Part shown: positions 49,581 through 59,351 of the stretch, one piece after another
Layout: each line of letters begins with the position of its first letter
Position numbering within the stretch: the stretch's first letter is position 1
From: a virus
Reading direction: 5' to 3' (one strand)
DNA length: 64,000 bases
IMG/VR virus record: IMGVR_UViG_3300005826_000294
Location: 122,330-186,329 of that record
Notes under the pieces: model-generated
Told to the model about the DNA's origin: nothing
Database searches by the model: none
Seen by the model: only the letters and a program-made list of their open reading frames with translations
Made by a program: the position numbers and the translations under genes

Positions 49581-52500
49581 TAGCTCCATCCTATCGTTAT
49601 AGAATGTAATAACCAATCACCAGGTAAAGTATCAGTTGGAACATTACGACATAACTCAAAAAGATATGTAACTCCAACTGTTAATCCTAATGTGCTTATA
49701 GCTATTGTTTGAGAATCCTTTTGATAATACACATTGTTAGGCATAGATAAGTTTGTTAATAATGTTGGAGATCCCCATGCAGGTATAACAGCATTGTCAG
49801 GAATTGCTCTTTTATATAAGTTTAATCCAACATTTGCTGTTGTGGCTGCCGTGGCTCTACGACTAAGAAATCCTAAAATAATGTTTGTAGCCCCTGTTGG
49901 AACACGAATTGTAAATCCTACACCTTCTACTGTTGTATCATCAAATGCTCTTACTGACAATGCTGTGTTATTAGCATCTGGAATAAGAGGTGCTAGTGAA
50001 TTAACTGCCCAGTCTGAACTTACAGGAGATTCTAATTGATCAGCTTGAAATATCTTATGAGGAACAATAGAACTTCCACCACTAACCGCCGCCCATGATG
50101 GATTTGAACCAACACCATTTGTTTTTAAATAATAACCAGATGTTCCATAACCTAAACGAACCCAGTTTGTTCCATTATGATATAAAATATCCCCTTGAAC
50201 AGGATTTCCAGCAGCCTGTACTGATCTTACTGTTGTTGAGTTTCCATTATTTATATTAGTAGTGTGACCAGTAACCAAATTGTCTGCTAAATAACAATTA
50301 TTTGTATTTGCACCAGAAGCAATTCTTATTCCATCCCCAGTGTTATTTAAAATTCTATTACTAGCAATAAGAATATTAGTACTATTAGCATCTGCTGTTA
50401 CATAAATACCATGACTACCATTACCATGAATATGGTTATTAGAAATTAAACTATTTGTATCTACAGTACATTCAATTCCACTTCCACCATTGCTTGCTAT
50501 GTGACATGAAGTAACTAAACTATCTTCTCCAGTCCATATTCCTTCTCCAACATTGTTTTCAATAGTACACATAGAAATTACATCTTCTTCTCCATCTGTA
50601 TCAATGCCTACTCCACCATTGTTACTTGAAACACAACTAGAAATTATTGTTGAGTTAGAACCTATTGCGGTTTCTATACCCTCAGCATCATTATAGTTTA
50701 AAACACAATGAGAAATAAGTGTAGATACTGCTCCACTTTGAACTAAAATACCATTTGATCCATTATTACAGGCATTGGTAGATGAAATGGCAACAGTATT
50801 ACAACCAGATCCAACTACAATACCATTTCCAACATTACCAGATACAAGTCCTGAAAAAGATACTGATCTACAATTACTATATGTAATTCCTACTCCACAT
50901 TGAACAACTCCAATATCAGAAAAAGCCGCTGATCCGGAATCTTCAACTACTACACCAACATTACAACCTTGTATTTCCATTCTACGAAAAATACAACTAA
51001 TTGCTCCTCTTACTAATAATGCATTTCCTGTTGCTCCACTTAAAGTTATATTATCTATATTAGCAGAAGTAACCGCTGAGGTTCCAAGCATTGCTTGTCC
51101 AGATATTGTTAAACCTTCATAAGTTCCAGCAACAGTTAAATGAGTATTATCTGTAATACTAGCAATTTGATAAAATGTTCCTCCAATAGCAATGAAATCT
51201 CCTGGAGATAAATTTGTAAAAGTCGTTCCACTACCTACTACAGCAGATGTTCCAGATGTTATAGATATAGTCCCAGATTCTTCTGTTGTACCTCCATTTC
51301 CATCAATAGTAACACTATATCCATTAGATAAATCTATAATACAATCATCTTCTCCTAATAGAAGACCTCCATCTGGAACCACTATATTTGCTGTCTCAAC
51401 ATATGTTCCTGTTCTTACAAAAACAGATTTAGCTCCAGATGTAAAAGCAGCTGAAGGAAGTGTGTAATCTCCACCAGAAGGGGCAACAATAGCATCATAT
51501 AAAGTTTGACCTCCACCAGGGCCCGCTGGGCCCGTAGCTCCAGATGCTTCTGCATCACGGATTACTAAACCACAAGCATTAGCCGTAGTTATAAAATCTT
51601 TATCGTTAAATTCCGTTGCTTGAATTTTTATTTTATCGCCATCATTTAATTCGGCTAAAATTGTTGCAGATCCACCACCAGATAAATCATTTTTAGATAC
51701 TCCTGATCTAATACGACTTCCGCCTATTTCATTATATCCACCACCTGTATCTAATACTAAACGAGCAAGAGCATGTCCATCATTCCCACCAGTTACTTCA
51801 AAACTCATATAATATGTAATTTCATACCAACCATCAGTATTTATTTCTACAACGGCAGAATCTGTTGTATGTGTAAATGCGGAATCTTCACGGACTTCAG
51901 TATCAAGAGTTATATCAACCCAACTTGGACTATCAGGAATATCAATTCCACCAGCAGCATCATAAGCAAAAAATAAAGCTCTACTACTTCCAGATCCTCC
52001 TGGAGGCTCTGCCCATGTCCCATCTGCTCTAAGATAATTAATAATTCCACCACCAAGTTTTGGTAGAAGACCATGATAAGATGTTGTTGAATTTAAATCT
52101 GTATTATCATCAGGAGAAGCTAAATCATCTAATTTAATAGCATCATCTCCTCCTGACTGATGAGTAGATGCGTGTAATGGAAGAGAACCTGGTATAGAAG
52201 CACATTGCCATCTAGAAGATGTTGTTGTATAAGACAGAGCAACTCCACTTCCTGATTTTATAATCAAATCTGAATCATTTGGTAATGCTAATCTTTGAGT
52301 ACTAGTAGATCCCAGATCTTCATGTTTTAGAGTTAGATCATAATCAGATAAATTTGTAACCCACATAAATTTCCCATGATCAACTTGTGAAAACCCAGTG
52401 ACTTCAAAATTTTGATTTGCCGAATGAAATTGAGCCATTCCATAATCTTCAATATCAACATTATCATAAGAGGTTGTAGATCCGACGTTTATTCCATATG

Positions 52501-53656
52501 GACTTTGGGCGATACTTCTAATATTGGCAGCAGTATCAGTTTGAATAGGATCGCCCATAGTAGCAATACGTCCATCATCGCTAATAATAAAACTACTATT
52601 TTGTAAGATTTTACCTGTTGTCCCATCCCATCGAGCGGCGGCATTATCTGTAGAACTACCCGGTCCCGAAATATCTCCAGATCCTGATCCTGATACAACA
52701 TATTCAATATTTCCAGAACCAGAATTATATGCTAAAATATATCCATCAGCAATTCCTGAATCATCAACATTAACTCCCATAATTTGATAAGCATCTTGTC
52801 TATCAGCTAAAACCCCATTAAGCCCAGCAACATTTATTTCATCATCTCCACCATTTTGATGCCTTGGAGCATGTAATAGAAAATCAGAATTAAGATTAGT
52901 TATTTCGCTTTGTAGATAAGCATCTTGAGAAATTGAATCAGAATTAAGATTAGTTAATTCACTCTGTAAATAAGCATCTTGACTTATAGAATCAAAGTTT
53001 AAATTAGTTATTTCGCTTTGTAGATAAGCATCTTGAGAAATTGAATCAGAATTAAGATTAGTTAATTCACTCTGTAAATAAGCATCTTGACTTATAGAAT
53101 CAGAGTTTAAATTGGTTATTTCACTCTGTAGATAAGCATCGGCAGAAATATAATCAATATAAATACTTGAAATTTCACCTTGTAAATAGGCATCTTGACT
53201 TATAGAATCAGAGTTTAAATTAGTTAATTCACTCTGTAAATAAGCATCTTGATTTATAGAATCAGAGTTTAAATTAGTTAATTCACTCTGTAAATAAGCA
53301 TCTTGATTTGTTATAGTTTGAAATATATCAGGTAAATCATATCCATCAACCAAATTAACATTAATTATATTATAGCCCTCAAGATCCAAATTACCATTAA
53401 TTGTAGTATTATTAATAACAATTTCAGAATCGGCCGCTTCTTGTGGAGTATTAGATGGATCTGTTTCAACAAAAACCCATCCTAAAGTTTCCATATAATT
53501 ATCTAAATCATCTTTTGAAGTTGATGGTGCTGTAACATCCCAAACAACTAAAGAAGCAATATAACCAGAAGAAATAGAGGAAGCATCAGCAGGTGGAACT
53601 TGGTTTTTAACCTTATTAATATCTACACCAGAAAATTTATATCTATAAACAGGCAT
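49580..53656 (-). CDS. Modular fibre/tailspike: coiled-coil stalk, His motifs, C1q/BclA-like domain, beta-helix
   Basis: 18-aa repeats; HAPRHQNGGDD and HASTHQSGGDD; DGWYEITY...LNDGDKIKIQ; GATGPAGPG; NxxxGI beta-helix ladder. Confidence 0.72.
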   Translation of the reverse strand: MPVYRYKFSGVDINKVKNQVPPADASSISSGYIASLVVWDVTAPSTSKDDLDNYMETLGWVFVETDPSNTPQEAADSEIVINNTTINGNLDLEGYNIINVNLVDGYDLPDIFQTITNQDAYLQSELTNLNSDSINQDAYLQSELTNLNSDSISQDAYLQGEISSIYIDYISADAYLQSEITNLNSDSISQDAYLQSELTNLNSDSISQDAYLQSEITNLNFDSISQDAYLQSELTNLNSDSISQDAYLQSEITNLNSDFLLHAPRHQNGGDDEINVAGLNGVLADRQDAYQIMGVNVDDSGIADGYILAYNSGSGNIEYVVSGSGSGDISGPGSSTDNAAARWDGTTGKILQNSSFIISDDGRIATMGDPIQTDTAANIRSIAQSPYGINVGSTTSYDNVDIEDYGMAQFHSANQNFEVTGFSQVDHGKFMWVTNLSDYDLTLKHEDLGSTSTQRLALPNDSDLIIKSGSGVALSYTTTSSRWQCASIPGSLPLHASTHQSGGDDAIKLDDLASPDDNTDLNSTTSYHGLLPKLGGGIINYLRADGTWAEPPGGSGSSRALFFAYDAAGGIDIPDSPSWVDITLDTEVREDSAFTHTTDSAVVEINTDGWYEITYYMSFEVTGGNDGHALARLVLDTGGGYNEIGGSRIRSGVSKNDLSGGGSATILAELNDGDKIKIQATEFNDKDFITTANACGLVIRDAEASGATGPAGPGGGQTLYDAIVAPSGGDYTLPSAAFTSGAKSVFVRTGTYVETANIVVPDGGLLLGEDDCIIDLSNGYSVTIDGNGGTTEESGTISITSGTSAVVGSGTTFTNLSPGDFIAIGGTFYQIASITDNTHLTVAGTYEGLTISGQAMLGTSAVTSANIDNITLSGATGNALLVRGAISCIFRRMEIQGCNVGVVVEDSGSAAFSDIGVVQCGVGITYSNCRSVSFSGLVSGNVGNGIVVGSGCNTVAISSTNACNNGSNGILVQSGAVSTLISHCVLNYNDAEGIETAIGSNSTIISSCVSSNNGGVGIDTDGEEDVISMCTIENNVGEGIWTGEDSLVTSCHIASNGGSGIECTVDTNSLISNNHIHGNGSHGIYVTADANSTNILIASNRILNNTGDGIRIASGANTNNCYLADNLVTGHTTNINNGNSTTVRSVQAAGNPVQGDILYHNGTNWVRLGYGTSGYYLKTNGVGSNPSWAAVSGGSSIVPHKIFQADQLESPVSSDWAVNSLAPLIPDANNTALSVRAFDDTTVEGVGFTIRVPTGATNIILGFLSRRATAATTANVGLNLYKRAIPDNAVIPAWGSPTLLTNLSMPNNVYYQKDSQTIAISTLGLTVGVTYLFELCRNVPTDTLPGDWLLHSITIGWS
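52874..53305. repeat. Eight tandem 54-bp coding repeats (QDAYLQSE[L/I]TNLNSDSIS)
   Basis: Visible tandem array; in frame with 49580..53656. Confidence 0.9.
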
Positions 53657-54396
53657 TATGATGCTACCTCCAAACTAGCAACTATATTATCAGGACTACT
53701 GGAAATTGAAGAAGATTTATTTACTCTTATTGCTATAAGATCACCAGCAGATACATTTGCCGAATTTACTAAATCTGAACCATCTTGAGCAGTATTAGAC
53801 ATGGCAACTACTAATGAAGAACCAGATCCATTAACCAATACTGTATAAGTGATTGTGGCAGAACCAGATCCAGCGGAATTATGACGAACTCTAAGATTTT
53901 TAAGAACTCCAGAATATGGAATTCTCATTGAAGCAACAGTTGTCTCAGCAACAGAATCATCATATCCTGGAGTTAAATATCTAACTGTTGTTGAAGTAGC
54001 AATATCATCATCTCCCCATATTAAAATAGCATGAACAAGATCTCCTACCTGAACACTTTTCTTATTATAACCATCAGCACTATCCTCTATAACTACTAAA
54101 TCAGAAAATACTGGATCGGTTTTTCCACTAATACCACTGATTTCATTAGCAACATTATCATGAATCGCATCATTATCAATGCTGGTTCCAGAGTTTGTTA
54201 TTTCAACCCAAGTTGGAGTGGTTTCTGTTAAAACCCACCAGGTAAGAGTATCTATTTCTTTTGCTATTTTCCCAATATCAGTAGATGTAAAACCAGATGC
54301 TCCAGTTCGTGCCGAAGAATCTGCATATTCATATGCGTGTGAAATATGTATTCCATCTGTTATATCTTGCTGACTATGTTTAGGATGACAAGTCAT
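53656..54396 (-). CDS. Putative fibre/virion protein
   Basis: WWVL....PTW and AIHDNVANEI motifs; C-terminal jelly-roll-like strands. Confidence 0.5.
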   Translation of the reverse strand: MTCHPKHSQQDITDGIHISHAYEYADSSARTGASGFTSTDIGKIAKEIDTLTWWVLTETTPTWVEITNSGTSIDNDAIHDNVANEISGISGKTDPVFSDLVVIEDSADGYNKKSVQVGDLVHAILIWGDDDIATSTTVRYLTPGYDDSVAETTVASMRIPYSGVLKNLRVRHNSAGSGSATITYTVLVNGSGSSLVVAMSNTAQDGSDLVNSANVSAGDLIAIRVNKSSSISSSPDNIVASLEVAS

Positions 54397-54399
54397 AAT

Positions 54400-55047
54400 T
54401 TACCCCACAATCAATAGTATTCCATTATCATTTATTAGCCAACCGCATTCTCCAGTTAAAGGTAATGATGGTGTTAAATCTCCATCAACAGAATATAGTA
54501 TCTGCCCACAACATGTTGGAGGTGTTATTGATATTTTAAGTTGTTCATTGCTTCCTTCGTTTTCAACACTAATATCAATGCCATATCCCTCAATAATTTT
54601 ATTTTCTAAATAACCTGCAGAAGTATCATTTGAAGATACTTTTACTAATTCATCTCCACCAGTGCTTCCACCACCACCAGTTGTATTTATCCATATAGCA
54701 GATCCTGCTGTATTATCTATTAAAACATATTCATAACCATCTGTTGTATCAATCCACCTTAATCCAACATCATATCCATCATTTATATCTTCATTGATTG
54801 TTGGAGAAATAGAAGAAATTACATATAACGAATCATCTCCGCTTCCAAGGTGTGTATTTATATGAAGATCTGGTGGTAATGTATCTGGATGTCTTAAATT
54901 AAAAACGCCATACGCATCCTTAGCATAGAAATAACCATCACTATATCGCATTTCACGTATAGATCCAGGTAATCCATAACCATCTTCAAGAAATTTAATT
55001 CCATCAGCTTGGTTAATTCCAGCAAATTCATCTGGAGTGCGAGGCAT
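54400..55047 (-). CDS. Putative fibre/virion protein (4 DGY)
   Basis: PTINED..DGYDVGLRWIDT...YVLID...AIW and VKVSSNDTSAGYLENKI fibre motifs. Confidence 0.55.
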   Translation of the reverse strand: MPRTPDEFAGINQADGIKFLEDGYGLPGSIREMRYSDGYFYAKDAYGVFNLRHPDTLPPDLHINTHLGSGDDSLYVISSISPTINEDINDGYDVGLRWIDTTDGYEYVLIDNTAGSAIWINTTGGGGSTGGDELVKVSSNDTSAGYLENKIIEGYGIDISVENEGSNEQLKISITPPTCCGQILYSVDGDLTPSLPLTGECGWLINDNGILLIVG

Positions 55048-55056
55048 TAAAACTCC

Positions 55057-55314
55057 TTATTTTTTTATGAATCCATACGTATTTGGATCAAAAACCCAAT
55101 CCTCTTCATCAGGCATCCCTCTATTCTTAGCTAATGCTCTTAAATGATTCATAAATTCGTTTTCTAATGAACTTAATCTTTCTAATAGAGTTTGTTCAGT
55201 TCTTAAAGCCTGACGCCTAACAGAACCTATGGCGGCCATAGAATCTTTAATATCTTGCTGATACTTTTGAACAGCCTGCTTTTCTTCAATAGTTAAAACC
55301 ATATTCTCTTCCAT
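55057..55314 (-). CDS. Small coiled-coil protein
   Basis: ORF in operon, heptad pattern. Confidence 0.55.
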   Translation of the reverse strand: MEENMVLTIEEKQAVQKYQQDIKDSMAAIGSVRRQALRTEQTLLERLSSLENEFMNHLRALAKNRGMPDEEDWVFDPNTYGFIKK

Positions 55315-55317
55315 TAC

Positions 55318-55626
55318 TTACTCCTTATCTTTTCCTATCGTTAATACAAGAGGATTATGTTTAATCCTCCAAAACTCTTTAGGGATTGGAGGGTTCTCCC
55401 CTTTTCTAAACCACATTAATTTTTGCCCATCTGTAGTATGATATAAACCAATAATAATAAGATCTCCAGAATGTACACAGCCATGACAGTTTGGACACAA
55501 TATTGCTAGGTTATTGTCAGAATTAGTACTTCTTTCATCAGATCTTGGAATGATATGATGTCTATGTAAAATAGCTTTCTTTTGAAGCCCACAAATCTCA
55601 CAATTTACCTTTGGTCTTAACGCCAT
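55318..55626 (-). CDS. Small HNH endonuclease
   Basis: CEIC...HRHHII...N...NLAILCPNCH. Confidence 0.8.
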   Translation of the reverse strand: MALRPKVNCEICGLQKKAILHRHHIIPRSDERSTNSDNNLAILCPNCHGCVHSGDLIIIGLYHTTDGQKLMWFRKGENPPIPKEFWRIKHNPLVLTIGKDKE

Positions 55627-56060
55627 TATTCTTCCTTATCTGATGCTATAATTGGTATATCAGAATCTACATCTATTGATTTACTTTCTATATCAAGTTG
55701 TTTTAGATATTCTTCATCTTCATTCATAACCAAATCTTTTACCTCTTCATCAATATCACCTACTTCTATTACTATAGATGATTTTCTTCTTTGCGGAAAA
55801 GTAATTGCTGATGGATCAGCCATCTCTTTTAGAGGTAATTCTGGTTCTTTAATACGATTAACTTTCATTAAACATCTTCCAAGATATTTTGATATAGAAC
55901 CATTTTCTTCAGAACTTAATATATCTTTAACGGTTACGCGACTTTTCTTAGCAAGCAAATTTCTAGCCTTACCTGCAGGGATTTTAACCCGAAGGTCGCC
56001 AAGATTAATGTCGCGTCCCGTTATATTTTTTAGGATATATTCAGATCCAATATTTTTCAT
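55626..56060 (-). CDS. Hypothetical protein
   Basis: ORF with GAGGAG RBS and TAATG overlap. Confidence 0.55.
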   Translation of the reverse strand: MKNIGSEYILKNITGRDINLGDLRVKIPAGKARNLLAKKSRVTVKDILSSEENGSISKYLGRCLMKVNRIKEPELPLKEMADPSAITFPQRRKSSIVIEVGDIDEEVKDLVMNEDEEYLKQLDIESKSIDVDSDIPIIASDKEE

Positions 56061-56302
56061 TACTCCTCATTCATGGGTTCTTCTAACACTACAACATTCT
56101 CTGCCTGAGGGCCAGTGTTATTTGTCCCAAGAGTAAAAGAAACCTTTTGTCCAGCGGTTAAGGTCTTAAAAGCACCAGGCTCCGCTACAATATTAGTATA
56201 ATGGACAAATAAATCCTTTCCTCCATCTTCAGGCTTACAAAACCCAAAACCTAAATTGTTATTAAACCATATCACTTCACCCTTCATTACTTGATCTGTC
56301 AT
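56060..56302 (-). CDS. csp: Cold-shock domain protein (CspA family)
   Basis: KGEVIWFN..LGFGF (RNP1), DLFVHY (RNP2), FKTL..GQKVSF, GPQAENV. Confidence 0.92.
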   Translation of the reverse strand: MTDQVMKGEVIWFNNNLGFGFCKPEDGGKDLFVHYTNIVAEPGAFKTLTAGQKVSFTLGTNNTGPQAENVVVLEEPMNEE

Positions 56303-57392
56303 TTTTCATTTTCTCCTTTACTTCTTTACTAATGCGGGTTCGTCCCGCATCAACTTCACAAATAGTACTTACATTTACACCATACTTTTCCGCAACTTCA
56401 TAAAAAGTATATTCCTTTAAATCATTAATAATATTCTCTACATCATTTCTAGATAATCTGTTTTTATCTAAATGATTCATATTATTTTGCTTTAAAACAT
56501 TTGAAACAAAAACTATAGAAACATCATTTTCTTTAGCAATATCTTTCTTTTTTCTGCCTTTTATTCTTTCATTAATAATATTTTCTCTAATTAAATTATA
56601 ATCTTTTTGTTCTATCCATTCAACATTTAATTTATTTATTTTTACAAGATTTTTTACAAGTTCATATTTTCTATCCAATATTGTGAAATCATAAGCATTT
56701 TTGAATAACCATTTAATTGTATTTGTATATTTATTTTTTCCTTGAATTTGAAGTTTAAAAGACCCAGTATCATATAATATAGTGGTTTGAGTATTAATAG
56801 TTCCAAAGTTATTCAAACAATTCTTAATCCATTGTAACACTTCTTTTGTTCCTCTAGCAGTCATATTATTATATTTTGGAGAATAAGATCCATCTCCATC
56901 TATATAACCTCTAATAAAGGATCTAATATTTTCTTCTTTAGAAATATTTGGTGGAATAAGAGTTTTAGCTTTCCTTGGAGTTATATTAAAATTTTTTAAT
57001 AAATCTTCAACTATATAATCATTTATTATATGAACTGATGCTGTTTCTCTTGTTTTTCTTTCATTAATAGTTCCATTAAAACATAGCACAGAACAAAGTT
57101 TTTGTAAATGTTTAATATCTTTTTTATGTATTTCTAATGATAAATTATTATAATGAACACATCCATCAGCGGCTAAAAATCCTGCCCAATAAGAATTAAT
57201 ATTATTAGGTTGCTGAAAAAATCTTTTATTTAGAGTAAATCTTCTTTTATCTCCAATATTGTAGTGTAAGTTATAAACTCTATTTCTTATAGTAGATCTT
57301 GAAACATTCATAGTTTCAGCGATTTTTCTTTCAGAAATTCCCTTTCTATATAAATAATTTATTTTTTCTACATCTACAGATATTTTTTTCAT
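56277..57392 (-). CDS. Free-standing LAGLIDADG homing endonuclease with N- and C-terminal HTHs
   Basis: YWAGFLAADG, FIRGYIDGDG, LDRKY. Confidence 0.85.
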   Translation of the reverse strand: MKKISVDVEKINYLYRKGISERKIAETMNVSRSTIRNRVYNLHYNIGDKRRFTLNKRFFQQPNNINSYWAGFLAADGCVHYNNLSLEIHKKDIKHLQKLCSVLCFNGTINERKTRETASVHIINDYIVEDLLKNFNITPRKAKTLIPPNISKEENIRSFIRGYIDGDGSYSPKYNNMTARGTKEVLQWIKNCLNNFGTINTQTTILYDTGSFKLQIQGKNKYTNTIKWLFKNAYDFTILDRKYELVKNLVKINKLNVEWIEQKDYNLIRENIINERIKGRKKKDIAKENDVSIVFVSNVLKQNNMNHLDKNRLSRNDVENIINDLKEYTFYEVAEKYGVNVSTICEVDAGRTRISKEVKEKMKNDRSSNEG

Positions 57393-57601
57393 TTATTTTC
57401 AAAATGACAATATTGAATATCAAAACAAATATGATCACATTGATCTTTATATGTAATTGTTCCGTACTTAATAACTTCATTTATATTTTTATGATTTAGA
57501 ATATGAAAATCTCTTATTACTACCATTTTTCCTTTTGGAGCTTTAATTATAGGGAGACCAGATATTTTAAGAGTTCTTCCTTTAGATTGAACATATACCA
57601 T
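57389..57601 (-). CDS. Hypothetical protein
   Basis: AAGGAG RBS; ATGA overlap with the next gene. Confidence 0.45.
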   Translation of the reverse strand: MVYVQSKGRTLKISGLPIIKAPKGKMVVIRDFHILNHKNINEVIKYGTITYKDQCDHICFDIQYCHFENK

Positions 57602-57603
57602 TC

Positions 57604-57828
57604 TTACTCTCCTTTGGTAAATTCTTTATTAATTGTTAAATCACTATGAATATCTAATAAAGCCTGTACTTGTAATATTGCCGCCTTAGACATATCTTCT
57701 TTTTCACTATCCGGAGCGAGAGCAATTGCTCTATCCCATTTATCAAAAAGATTTTGTAAATCTCTATCTGCTCCTATTCTTTTAGCATAATCCAACAATC
57801 CTTGTCGGACTTGTTTCTCAGTCTTCAT
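57604..57828 (-). CDS. Hypothetical protein
   Basis: AAGGAG RBS. Confidence 0.55.
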   Translation of the reverse strand: MKTEKQVRQGLLDYAKRIGADRDLQNLFDKWDRAIALAPDSEKEDMSKAAILQVQALLDIHSDLTINKEFTKGE

Positions 57829-57838
57829 TTATTACTCC

Positions 57839-58129
57839 TTAATAACCAGGCCAGAAATAATCATCATCAAAATTTTTTCTTTTTACATGGGGACATGAAT
57901 CCTCATATATTCCCCAAAGACGGGAAATTTCATTATCTTGTAAATCATTATTCATATATAAGGAATCTTCAACAGTCATGAAAGCAGCGACAACATTTTT
58001 TAACCAGTTCTCCTGCTCGGGGGTAGGTTCTTCCGTGCTTCCATATTTCACTTGTTCTAATGTTCCTCGGGACATTATATGTCCACCAGTATTATATGTT
58101 ATTCCATCTGAGCGTTTTATGAAACTCAT
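57839..58129 (-). CDS. Hypothetical protein
   Basis: TAATG coupling to the upstream ORF. Confidence 0.5.
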   Translation of the reverse strand: MSFIKRSDGITYNTGGHIMSRGTLEQVKYGSTEEPTPEQENWLKNVVAAFMTVEDSLYMNNDLQDNEISRLWGIYEDSCPHVKRKNFDDDYFWPGY

Positions 58130-58407
58130 TATTTTGCCCAGGCTTCAACTCGCACCGTGCTAGCTCCTCCAACATAACGGAACCACACCTTTGATTCTAC
58201 TCTATTATCAAATACTAATCCTGCAGAAGCATCACTTGGATTTAAATTTCCATGAACAATGTCCCCATCAAATGAATACTCAACAATATTTGCTCCTGTA
58301 TTTAAAAAAGAAAATCCTTGTGATAAGAATTCAAAATTTACTTGAGGGGCGGATGGAAAAACCGCTACATCTACAGTTACTTCATCAAAATAATTCCATT
58401 TAGACAT
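58129..58407 (-). CDS. Small beta-rich putative virion protein
   Basis: FLNTG...VEYSFDG...HG.L...VWFR...VRVEAW; preceded by the candidate late promoter. Confidence 0.5.
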   Translation of the reverse strand: MSKWNYFDEVTVDVAVFPSAPQVNFEFLSQGFSFLNTGANIVEYSFDGDIVHGNLNPSDASAGLVFDNRVESKVWFRYVGGASTVRVEAWAK

Positions 58408-58441
58408 ATCAAAGCTCCATTAATCTATAATAATGATCCTA

Positions 58442-58457
58442 TATTGATAGATTTTTT
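58442..58457 (-). promoter_or_regulatory. Candidate late promoter motif (AAAAAATCTATCAATA)
   Basis: CTATCAATA core with an upstream A-tract, 35 nt before ATG 58407. Confidence 0.5.
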
Positions 58458-58475
58458 CTTTAATTTTTATTAATT

Positions 58476-59342
58476 CTATGGTGTTGTTACGTTTATTGTA
58501 GCCCCAGAGGCTCCTATATTACCACTGGCAAGATAATTTAAAAACATATTAATTGTTCCATTTGATCCATTATATGCTGTGTTCGAAGCACCAACATCAA
58601 TAGTACTTATATTAAGATTTATAAAACCTGCTCCTCCTGCCCCATGCCAAACTCCAATTAAACCTGTTAATGTTCCCAACTGGACAATATGATCTACTCT
58701 TCCAACAACACTAGAAGTTCCATAATTTCCAACACCAACAGCATTATTTGCTTGTAAATATAAATCTCCTACTTTAACGTGCATGTGCCCACCAGCAATA
58801 ACATCACATCCAACACCAACACGTTCAGTGAAAATAGAATTTACATTAGCTAAAATTACTGCTGGGGCTACTACAGCACCAGTATCAAAATTAAATACTC
58901 CAACACCTACTGTTCCAGTCTGTACAATTTTATCAGCATATAACCAATTTGTCCCGCCATTTCCTGTTAAAGCTTTATAAACTGCTGTTTTTTGAGCAGA
59001 AATAATAGAATGAAATGTAACAGATGAATTATCTCCAGTAAATTCTACTACTCCATTATAATAACCTCCACCACTATCTTGAATTGTAGCACTTGGAGCA
59101 TATACACTACGATTTTCAGGAACAATAATACTTTCATTATAAATTCCCGAATCTAAACAAACTACTACAATACCAGCACTAGAAGCAGATAAAGCCGCTC
59201 CAAATGTAAGAAATGCTTTTTCAATAGTTTTCCCATCATTAGAATCGCTTCCATGCTTTCCAACCCATAATATATTTTGATTATCTATTAAAGGAGCAAA
59301 TGAACTGCTTATACTCCCAGAAATTCCTAAAAAACTGCTCAT
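58476..59342 (-). CDS. Beta-helix (pectin-lyase-like) protein
   Basis: WVGKHGSDSNDGKTIEKAFLT...G.Y.E cap motif followed by beta-rich repeats. Confidence 0.6.
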   Translation of the reverse strand: MSSFLGISGSISSSFAPLIDNQNILWVGKHGSDSNDGKTIEKAFLTFGAALSASSAGIVVVCLDSGIYNESIIVPENRSVYAPSATIQDSGGGYYNGVVEFTGDNSSVTFHSIISAQKTAVYKALTGNGGTNWLYADKIVQTGTVGVGVFNFDTGAVVAPAVILANVNSIFTERVGVGCDVIAGGHMHVKVGDLYLQANNAVGVGNYGTSSVVGRVDHIVQLGTLTGLIGVWHGAGGAGFINLNISTIDVGASNTAYNGSNGTINMFLNYLASGNIGASGATINVTTP

Positions 59343-59351
59343 CTTATCCTC

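Noticed and set aside
52874..53305. CRISPR array
   Set aside because: Contiguous in-frame 54-bp coding repeats with no unique spacers and no cas genes.
14736..55047. DGY enrichment as a DNA-level motif (GATGGATAT)
   Set aside because: Synonymous positions vary and the occurrences I checked are in the same reading frame, favouring peptide-level selection. DGY inside nuclease catalytic motifs (17450, 30176, 62851) was excluded from the counts.
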